Of a stretch of DNA of 40,634 nt, positions 16,801 to 23,377 are shown one piece after another. The stretch's first letter is position 1; every line of letters begins with the position of its first letter. The notes beneath the pieces are model-generated. The model was not told where the DNA came from, did not search any database, and saw only the letters and a program-made list of their open reading frames with translations. The position numbers and the translations under genes are program-made. The DNA is from Deltaproteobacteria bacterium (GTDB taxonomy: Bacteria; Bdellovibrionota; FAC87; UBA2466), in NCBI GenBank assembly GCA_043776735.1, contig JAYVQZ010000008.1, forward strand, positions 1 to 40,634. The letters run 5' to 3'.

Positions 16801-17449
16801 GAAAGACATTTCCTTCACCATCGGCGCAGGTGAAAAACTCGGCGTGATTGGTCGCACCGGCTCGGGCAAGAGCAGTTTGTTATTGGCCATTTTCCGGCTG
16901 GTGGAACCCACCGGCGGTAACGTTTTTATCGATGGCATCGACGTAAAAACTTTGCCTTTGGCGGTGCTTAGATCCCGTCTAGCCATTCTGCCGCAGGAGC
17001 CCGTTCTGTTTCCGGGTCCTCTGCGCAGTAGTCTAGATCTCAAAAATGAGTATTCCGATAGCGAGATTTGGAAGGCCCTTAATGCGGTTCAAATGAAAGA
17101 GGCGGTAGAGTCATTGCCCGGCGGCCTGAGTTTGGAACTTCAGCCCGATCTGTTTAGCCTGGGGCAGCGACAACTACTCTGTCTGGCTAGGGTCATTCTA
17201 CGAAAGCCCAAAATTCTTTTTCTTGATGAGGCCACCGCTAATCTCGACCCCACCGCCGATAAACTGGTGCAGGATGCCGTGGAGCGCGAGTTTGCTCACT
17301 CTACCGTCATTACCATTGCCCATCGCCTACAGACCCTCTCACGCGCCCATCGGATCGTAGTCATGCAGGATGGCCGAGTGGCTGAAATCGGGACGCCTAC
17401 TGAGCTCTCTCAAAAATATCCTGAGTTGCAACGGGGAGGTGCGGCATGA
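13874..17449 (+). CDS. Full-length (TMD-NBD-TMD-NBD) ABC transporter of the ABCC/MRP type
   Basis: N-terminus FLSNLFVSWIRPLLTAGSQRKLTLADF. NBD1: GPAGSGKSS, LSGGQRQRIALARALY and LCLLDDPFSSLD, with Asp in place of the catalytic Glu. NBD2: GRTGSGKSS, FSLGQRQLLCLARVILRKPKILFLDEATANLD. The start overlaps the upstream stop by 4 nt. Confidence 0.9.
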   Translation: MNLSRFLSNLFVSWIRPLLTAGSQRKLTLADFPVELGKESVNRCADELVRALEATPNDPLSKTLGKVYRGILSGALLLGLLHAVTSLALPFLLQAFLNDLSTSVAPLSQKILLALSLFSMSLLSWLLIQHCFFVGGRLALRVRAGLVNAIYKKLLGSSPANDDSSSAYFNLIARDALKVGSAGQMLVLTVMSLVLIVGGVLLLYQIVGVSSLAGFLVLVLLAPLYRKQARAMEATTGDLFHISDRRVGFLSVVFQGIRAIKLAGVESILGDQARKIRAQELVKLNRIAIQTAFLNLLFQSSPIAVALVTFTTAALLGRQLGLPEVLSALATFAILRAPLLHLPNLIVALLEGRVSLNRIELALRGQERLPVTAGTAPLGSVSLKAATFSWKTQGKAVLSEISLEITPGELVAVLGPAGSGKSSLLHALLGEMGVQEGEAALSGEVSYSSQQPWMVNSTVKENIVFGAEWNSARYSEVISVTGLERDLAQWASGDATEAGENGLALSGGQRQRIALARALYRNADLCLLDDPFSSLDNRTATHCFEKGVLGFLKGATRILVTHRHDFAQQADVVLWIKNGRIVRSLRGQQIKKLHEIPAEVAPEPTRALERAPARGMITAEADAEGSVPLDRYRQYGAMLGSSLVLALILGIFLLREVFNVGADTWISYTTARAGITPTIILSGFALLGLLTSVATYVRSRMVMAKTVVAAGTLHEGMLSGVLNSPFSFFEANPLGRLLNRFGKDQAAIDLEVGTKTLECLNVIFLLGSSLILIVVATPVAVLVMFPLGVVYYRLQLFFRATSRQINRMEALSQSPLFAHVSETQGGLTTIRAMRQQDRFRQGLSERLEINQRILIARLAADRWLSIHLDSLGALLVGITAVLAACFSDAIGWELAGLSVTHALAVTVTFARAVHTFAELECGMNSVERVQEYAGLPGEGFKGNGQPASPPVQWPDAGRVEIKDLELRYRPDLEPSLKDISFTIGAGEKLGVIGRTGSGKSSLLLAIFRLVEPTGGNVFIDGIDVKTLPLAVLRSRLAILPQEPVLFPGPLRSSLDLKNEYSDSEIWKALNAVQMKEAVESLPGGLSLELQPDLFSLGQRQLLCLARVILRKPKILFLDEATANLDPTADKLVQDAVEREFAHSTVITIAHRLQTLSRAHRIVVMQDGRVAEIGTPTELSQKYPELQRGGAA

Positions 17450-18435
17450 GCGCGACTCTCCTAGAATCCCCCCTCGCTTGCGAGGCCTTTGGACAACTTT
17501 TTCGAAAGCTTTACGGGGTGTCCGGGTCCATTCTGCCCTTGGGGCAGTTGCTTCACTGGCGCAACCGTCTGGGGATAGCCACCCCTGAACTAGATGCTAT
17601 TCCCACTTTTGTCTTTGGCGGATACTTTTATGGCTTTTCCTCCCCAGTGCCCGAGCAGGCCGAGCTAAGCGAAGTGTCCCGTTTGGTGCTTGGCAAAACC
17701 GCAGGCCAAATTTTGGTTCCCTGCGTACGCGAAGGGGTGAACGTAGACGCCTTAGTCGCAGAGGGTTTTCAAAAACTACCCTGGTTTGTGGAGTCTGTTT
17801 TTGAGATCGATAAGGGCGTAGAAGCTGATTTGGCCTCTCGAGTCTCTCGAAATCAAAGGCGCGATATCCTACGTTTAACTCGTCGTTCGGAAGAGCAGTT
17901 TGAACTTCAACTTTTCGAAGGAGAGGCCCTACGCCAAAACCCCTGGGTATTTGCCAAGGCGGCAGAACTCCACGCCCACAATCTGACCAAGTACAGCCAC
18001 GCCCTTAACTTCTATAGCCAAGAGATCCTCACTCTTCTCCTCCATTCGGGGTTAGCCGAACACCTGCTGATTGCGTTGCGAAAAGACAAGAATGGAGAAT
18101 TTGTCCAGGCCTCTGTTAATTTTATCGATCGCCCACGTAAACAGCTCTTTCTCATGGTGCAGGGGATCAACCGCGATCTCGTTCCCCCAGGACAAAACCT
18201 CTACCTAGCTGAGACCTATCAGCTTTATCAGTTTGCTCAAAAGCAGGGGATCCAAGAGGTCTACTTGGGGCGGGGAGGCCAAGAGGCCAAACAGCGAATG
18301 GGCGCCAATCGTTTTCATCTTTTGAATTTATGGATTAAAAGTCAAGGGCAGGCAGCTAGCGAATTTGCCGCCATTGTCGAAAAATCTCAGTCGGTGCTGG
18401 CAACGCTTCCGCCAGACCTAAGGAGCCAAGAATGA
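17446..18435 (+). CDS. GNAT-fold transferase (FemAB / BioF2-like, Acetyltransf_6-type)
   Basis: The pattern SRNQRRDILRLTRRSEEQF...FIDRPRKQLFLMVQGINRD...YLGRGGQEAKQRMGA resembles the Acetyltransf_6/FemAB-like family. It has 4-nt overlaps with both neighbours. Confidence 0.45.
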   Translation: MSATLLESPLACEAFGQLFRKLYGVSGSILPLGQLLHWRNRLGIATPELDAIPTFVFGGYFYGFSSPVPEQAELSEVSRLVLGKTAGQILVPCVREGVNVDALVAEGFQKLPWFVESVFEIDKGVEADLASRVSRNQRRDILRLTRRSEEQFELQLFEGEALRQNPWVFAKAAELHAHNLTKYSHALNFYSQEILTLLLHSGLAEHLLIALRKDKNGEFVQASVNFIDRPRKQLFLMVQGINRDLVPPGQNLYLAETYQLYQFAQKQGIQEVYLGRGGQEAKQRMGANRFHLLNLWIKSQGQAASEFAAIVEKSQSVLATLPPDLRSQE

Positions 18436-18770
18436 GCCTTCCGCATATTTTGATGATCGGTGCCTACGATGACTACATGGGAGCCTTTGGATCTCTGGGC
18501 ATTCGCCTCACGCTCTTTCAGAAAGAGGATTCCCTCACCCCTTTGCAAACGGCCACAGCAGAGAAGGTTTTCACCCTTAATTATGAAAATGTTGAGGAGT
18601 GCCTTCGGTTTGCCATCGCCCGCCATGAAACGGCGCCGTTCGATGGCGTAGTTTCTTTTACAGAGTATGGCCTTGAGGCGGCAGCCCGGATTCAAAACGT
18701 ACTGCGCGTTCGGGAAAACCCATGGCTCCGGTTAAAGCCACTCGCGATAAAACGGAAATGCGACGGCTGA
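18432..18770 (+). CDS. Pre-ATP-grasp N-terminal domain, probably the 5' part of a frameshifted ATP-grasp ligase gene
   Basis: ILMIGAYDD...VVSFTEYGLEAAARIQNVLRVRENP looks like the Rossmann-like N-domain of an ATP-grasp enzyme. Meaningful similarity ends at about 18720, where the frame of 18722-19633 takes over. Confidence 0.5.
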   Translation: MSLPHILMIGAYDDYMGAFGSLGIRLTLFQKEDSLTPLQTATAEKVFTLNYENVEECLRFAIARHETAPFDGVVSFTEYGLEAAARIQNVLRVRENPWLRLKPLAIKRKCDG

Positions 18771-19633
18771 TTTCTCACCTCGACGTGGGAAGGGCCGAGT
18801 TTATGCTCTGTTCTCATTTTGAAGACCTCGCGGCGTTCTGGCACAAGTTGAATGGACCGCTTATTCTAAAGCCCGCCAAAGGATCGGGAAGCGAAGGGGT
18901 GTCACTCATCCGGCGAACGGAAGAGCTTGCTAAGGCCTGGGTTCGCAGCACAGCGCCTAAGGTAATGCCGCTTATTGCCGAGGAGTATTTCGACGGGCCG
19001 GAGTTTAGCGTTGAGTCGCTCACCGTGGACGGCACGCATGAGATTCTTGCGGTCACTCAAAAAATCACCACGGGAGAATTAGGCTTTGTTGAGACCGGAC
19101 ATCAAATGCCGGCGCCGATATCAAAAGCCGTCTTCCAACAAATGGCCACTTCGGTTACGCAGTTTTTACAAGCCGTTGGGCATGCCGTTGGTCCGGCACA
19201 CACCGAGCTTCGCCTTACTGCAAAAGGACCCCGAATTATTGAAAGCAATACCCGACCAGGCGGCGATTTTATTTGGCAGATGGTTGAACTGGTCTGCGGG
19301 GTGGATCTCGTAGCGGCCACACTCGCGGATTTAGCTCACGTCCCCCAGCCAAAGAGAAAGCCCGTGGCCCCGGCGGCAGCGGTTCGGTTTTTTGCCTACG
19401 CCAATGGGCGAGTCACCCATTTAGACCAAACAGAAAAAGCCGCAGAGCTTCCCGGCATCGTTCGTTTTCATTGCAGCCTCGCCGTCGGCGCAGAGCTGGG
19501 CCCGCTGAGATCCTCAGACGATCGCCAAGGATTCGTGGTGGCGATCGGGGAAAGTCTGGCTCAGGCTATGGAGCGGGCTGACAATGCTATCGCCGCGGTC
19601 CGCCTCGAGCTTGCTCCCCAGACAGCCCAGTAA
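18722..19633 (+). CDS. ATP-grasp ligase core (L-amino-acid-ligase-like)
   Basis: ATRDKTEMRRLI, LILKPAKGSGSEGV, IAEEYFDGPEFSVE, HTELRLTAKGPRIIESNTRPGGDFIWQMVELVCGVDL. Confidence 0.75.
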   Translation: MAPVKATRDKTEMRRLISHLDVGRAEFMLCSHFEDLAAFWHKLNGPLILKPAKGSGSEGVSLIRRTEELAKAWVRSTAPKVMPLIAEEYFDGPEFSVESLTVDGTHEILAVTQKITTGELGFVETGHQMPAPISKAVFQQMATSVTQFLQAVGHAVGPAHTELRLTAKGPRIIESNTRPGGDFIWQMVELVCGVDLVAATLADLAHVPQPKRKPVAPAAAVRFFAYANGRVTHLDQTEKAAELPGIVRFHCSLAVGAELGPLRSSDDRQGFVVAIGESLAQAMERADNAIAAVRLELAPQTAQ

Positions 19634-20662
19634 GCGATTATTGCAGGCTTTAGTGCCCACCGAAATGCGCAGGGAATTGGGCAGGGCAAATGAGCTATCA
19701 GCCACAAGAATTCCACCCTCCAAAAGAGCGTTGTAGGCCTTGCGCCCATTTTCAAACTGAACCAATAAAAAATTGGAGTCGCTAGGCAATACGCGAATCA
19801 CTCCTGGCAATTGCTCTAGGCCAAGCGACAATCGATTGCGCTCTTTTACCAGGCACTCCACCTGTTCTTTCATCATGGAGGCGTTGGACAGCTTCACCGC
19901 CACGGCATGTTGTGCCGCCTGATGAAACGCAAAGAGGGGCTGCAACCGCTGGACGGTATCGATCACCTTCGCGTTAGCTAGCAGGACACCAGCGCGTAGG
20001 CCGGCTAGCCCCCAGGCCTTGGAGAAGGTTCTTACCACCACAAGGTTAGCGTACTGGCGAAGCAACGATAGGCTTGAGGCCTTCTGAGAAAATTCGATAT
20101 AGGCTTCGTCAACGACGACTAGGCCGGGCGCTTTGGCGAGCAGCGTTTCTACTTGAGAGATCGAGATCGAAGTCCCCATCGGGTTGTTGGGAATGCACAA
20201 GAAGATGAGTTTTGCCCCAGTAGCCACAAGATCATCGGTACTGGTGATATCAAACTCTGTTCCCTGCAAAGGCACTTCACGAACCTCTACCCCGTGCGAT
20301 CTTGCGCAGTGGGCGTAGAAGGGAAATGTGGGGCTTGCAATAGCAATGCTGTCTTTTCCCGGCTCGCAGAAGGCTCGGATCATTAACTCCAAGGCGGCAA
20401 TGGAACCCGGAGTAAAAAGCACCTCCTGGGGACCCGCCAAGTTTAAGTAACAGGCCAGTTGCTCTTGCAGCCTCACGGGAGCCGGATTGGGGTACTCGCT
20501 ATAAACGCCACCATACGGATTGGTATTGGAGTCGAGCCGAATCAGATCTTTCTTATAAAGCGCGGCCCTACGAATTGGATCGAGTATGGGGAGAGTTTTT
20601 ACACATTCCCGAGCCAGAGGGTGAAGGGTTTCTCCTGCAGGAGGTTGAAGCACAACGCTCAT
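19514..20662 (-). CDS. HisC-like class II PLP-dependent aminotransferase
   Basis: LDSNTNPYG. The PLP-lysine motif is VVRTFSKAWGLAGLRAG. SLRISVGT. I prefer the ATG at 20662 (MSVVLQPP), which overlaps the upstream stop by 4 nt. The 3' end overlaps the convergent ATP-grasp gene by 120 nt. Confidence 0.8.
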   Translation of the reverse strand: MSVVLQPPAGETLHPLARECVKTLPILDPIRRAALYKKDLIRLDSNTNPYGGVYSEYPNPAPVRLQEQLACYLNLAGPQEVLFTPGSIAALELMIRAFCEPGKDSIAIASPTFPFYAHCARSHGVEVREVPLQGTEFDITSTDDLVATGAKLIFLCIPNNPMGTSISISQVETLLAKAPGLVVVDEAYIEFSQKASSLSLLRQYANLVVVRTFSKAWGLAGLRAGVLLANAKVIDTVQRLQPLFAFHQAAQHAVAVKLSNASMMKEQVECLVKERNRLSLGLEQLPGVIRVLPSDSNFLLVQFENGRKAYNALLEGGILVADSSFALPNSLRISVGTKACNNRLLGCLGSKLEADRGDSIVSPLHSLSQTFPDRHHESLAIV

Positions 20663-21744
20663 AAATAGTTTCCTTTCGTCTGATCTGAGGTGACCGCAAT
20701 TTCGGCCATTCGGGCGCAAAGCGTATTCATCATATCCCAGCCCTGTTTTTGGACCGTCTCAAGCCGCGTCAGGGAATGGGGATCTAGGTTTGTCAGTAGT
20801 GAGATTCCCATGGTCTCGTGAATCTGATCTCCGTCGTGATGAGTGGCAAAATGGTCGGTCTCTCTGAATTTCGACATGATGGGATGGGCAACGATGTGAA
20901 AAACCGTAGCCGCTGCCTCCAGTACCAAGTGCACTAGGACCAGCTTTTCGGCATTGTCGAGAGTGAGCATTTTCCAGGCAAACCAGCTGGAGGTGGCCTC
21001 TAAAATGGGGTCCCAAACCTTCAACAGGCCCTCGCCCCGATCGCTTGCGAGATTTTCGTTATGCCCAAACTCCTCTTTGAGGTGGTCTTGAAAAATGCCA
21101 GAGTATCTAGGGTCCTCGCAAAAGGCGGAACGGGCAAGCACGGCCCGCTGAAAGAAGTTGGACCACACCTGAATGGTATCAAGCAAGCGGCCTCGCTGAA
21201 TGGGATCATTGACTGCATCCCCAGTAACAAAATTGAAGATGAGATTGTTTTTGTAGGCTTCTCGGTAGATCCGGTTTTTTTCCAGAAGTACAGCCAGCGG
21301 ATCTTTGGCCACTTCAAAGCTCACCCGCGCTTTGTTGCTGTTTTCGTAAAGGCCGTGTCCTTCAAATTGAATGGAAAGGGCCCAGAAGCCTTCTGGCCCT
21401 CCGGTAAATCCATGGTAGGTGTCGCTGTCGACCAGAACTAGGTCGCCTTCTTTAAAAGTAAACTCCGCAGCGCCGTTGGCTTTCCCTGTTCCCTTGGCCA
21501 CGACAATAAAACTCTTTGTGGGATGAATGTGAGTGGCTAAGGATTGGCCATTTTCTAAATGAACCCAGGCCAAAGAAAGGCGCGCAGACTCCGGAATAAA
21601 GGCTGCCACCAGAGGGTGCTTGCGAAAGTCTTTTAGTTGGCCAAGCGAGTGTTCCACGCCGTCCTGAACCACGGAGCGGAGCGTGGGGAGCTCCTCTCGC
21701 GTGATCAGGCGCATCTCACCCTTGGGTAGTGGTGCTAATTTCAT
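20659..21744 (-). CDS. Fusion of an N-terminal cupin and a C-terminal heme-oxygenase-like diiron oxidase/oxygenase (HDO) domain
   Basis: Cupin: GQSLATHIHPTKSFIVVAKGTG and GDLVLVDSDTYHGF, a 3-His type. HDO-like: FQDHLKEEFGH, LVLEAAATVFHIVAH, and ATHHDGDQIHE, which contains H-x3-D-x2-H. Confidence 0.6.
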   Translation of the reverse strand: MKLAPLPKGEMRLITREELPTLRSVVQDGVEHSLGQLKDFRKHPLVAAFIPESARLSLAWVHLENGQSLATHIHPTKSFIVVAKGTGKANGAAEFTFKEGDLVLVDSDTYHGFTGGPEGFWALSIQFEGHGLYENSNKARVSFEVAKDPLAVLLEKNRIYREAYKNNLIFNFVTGDAVNDPIQRGRLLDTIQVWSNFFQRAVLARSAFCEDPRYSGIFQDHLKEEFGHNENLASDRGEGLLKVWDPILEATSSWFAWKMLTLDNAEKLVLVHLVLEAAATVFHIVAHPIMSKFRETDHFATHHDGDQIHETMGISLLTNLDPHSLTRLETVQKQGWDMMNTLCARMAEIAVTSDQTKGNYL

Positions 21745-22406
21745 AAATTTCCTTTTCCATTTCGTTCAATTGACCAATGAATTTCAGAAACCCGCGCCAC
21801 CAGGCAGTCGTCTAGACCCACCTGGTGGCAATAACTTTGCACTTCGTTCACCGTCAGCGCGGCCCTTAGGGATTGGGCAAAAAGCTGACGTTGGTAGCTG
21901 CTGTTTCCTACGGTGTACTTGTCTACGAGAGATTGCCACTCGCTCTCGGAATCTGGCCGCACCAGATCCTTGATCAAAATTGCCGCCCTGGTTTGGGCAA
22001 GACGGGCCAGTTGAATGAAGAACGAGATCGTGTCCGGGATGTGGTGGACGATGCTGTTGGAAAGGATCAGATCGTAGTCCTTTCGGCAGAGAATCCGACT
22101 CTTGACGTTTTCATAGACGAGAGTGATCTGACGCCCTAAACCCGCGGCGGTGACTTTTTTAGTCGCCAACGCAAGCATCTGACTAGAAAGATCTACCGCC
22201 GTAATCTGTAGTCCCGGTATCTTAGTGGCTAACCGGAGAGGAATGTCTGCAGTGCCCGTTCCTAAGTCGATGGCTGAGTTGGCAACTGGCGCCAATGCTA
22301 CGGCTCTCAGGGCAAACTGTTCATTGACCGCACTATTGTCGATGCTGTCGTATTCGATGGCGTCCTCTGCGGTATCCATGACTTCGGGCTCTAGAACTCG
22401 AATCAC
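21741..22406 (-). CDS. Class I SAM-dependent methyltransferase
   Basis: Motif I is AIDLGTGTADIPLRL. Post-I is ITAVDLS. LILSNSIVHH. It has 4-nt overlaps with both neighbours. Confidence 0.8.
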   Translation of the reverse strand: MIRVLEPEVMDTAEDAIEYDSIDNSAVNEQFALRAVALAPVANSAIDLGTGTADIPLRLATKIPGLQITAVDLSSQMLALATKKVTAAGLGRQITLVYENVKSRILCRKDYDLILSNSIVHHIPDTISFFIQLARLAQTRAAILIKDLVRPDSESEWQSLVDKYTVGNSSYQRQLFAQSLRAALTVNEVQSYCHQVGLDDCLVARVSEIHWSIERNGKGNL

Positions 22407-23272
22407 TGTTGTCTCCCCTGGTGTTGAAGCTCCACTAAGTCGGTAATCGCCTGGTCCACTTGTTCCAGATTGTTTACGACAAAGAGCTGTTCTTGATGAC
22501 GAGAGATATGAAAACTCTGTTTGAGCACTTCGCTTAGAGAAAATGGCTTAATCACCGTGTTGCCAGCGATCAAAGACGCCCCTTCTCTAGGGGAGGAGAG
22601 CAGGCCTGCCCCCCAAATGCGGTAGTCTTCTACGGTACCCACCAACCCAAACTCCACCGTCCAAAAATAGAGCCGTTCTAAAAGAGTCTGTTCGCTAGGG
22701 CTCCTCTCCAAAGACGCCACAGCCCCGGCTACCCGTTGTTCGGCCTGGGCTTTGTCGACTGGAGAACTCTTTTCCTGGGCATTGAGTTGGGAGAGCGCGA
22801 CATTAGCGTCATAGAGGGCCACGTCCTCGGCGGTGGACCTGGTTTGTAAGCCCAGTTCCGCAAAGCGTTTAATCAAAGAGCGGTACTCGTTGCTAAACAT
22901 CAAAGGAAGGTGGCCTATCAGATCGTGAATGCGATCGGGAACGGGCGAGTGACAAACATCTTTGGCAGCACGGACATTGTGGGCCAGAGGAAATATCTGC
23001 TGGCTCTGCATTGAATGATAGTTCCCATAGGGGACGTACCCTTCTACAAACTTAGCGCTCCAGCCAAACGATTGGAGTCGCTCTTCAACATGATTTCTGT
23101 CAGGCAATCGGTTCGGGTCAAATTCACATTGTTCCATGCCTGCCAGATAGCGAGGATCTAGCTGATGAGAAACTTGAGAAACAAAAGAGGAATGAGCTCT
23201 TTTAAATTGGGACCAAACAAGGTCACACTCTGAAGCAAAGGCTATATTTGAAATTTCGAACATTTCGGCCAC
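22403..23272 (-). CDS. phhA: Pterin-dependent aromatic amino acid hydroxylase (phenylalanine-4-hydroxylase family)
   Basis: PDRIHDLIGHLPLMFSNEYRSLIKRFAELG contains H-x4-H. LYFWTVEFGLV supplies the Glu ligand. The start may be the ATG at 23263, with GGAG 8 nt upstream. Confidence 0.85.
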   Translation of the reverse strand: MAEMFEISNIAFASECDLVWSQFKRAHSSFVSQVSHQLDPRYLAGMEQCEFDPNRLPDRNHVEERLQSFGWSAKFVEGYVPYGNYHSMQSQQIFPLAHNVRAAKDVCHSPVPDRIHDLIGHLPLMFSNEYRSLIKRFAELGLQTRSTAEDVALYDANVALSQLNAQEKSSPVDKAQAEQRVAGAVASLERSPSEQTLLERLYFWTVEFGLVGTVEDYRIWGAGLLSSPREGASLIAGNTVIKPFSLSEVLKQSFHISRHQEQLFVVNNLEQVDQAITDLVELQHQGRQQ

Positions 23273-23377
23273 TCCCCACTTCCCCTAACTACTGCCTTAG
23301 CAAGAAGTATGCTCAGGCAAAAAAAATGTTTTTGCCGACCGGGATCGGAAAAAATGGCCCCAGTGGTAGCAAGAAAC

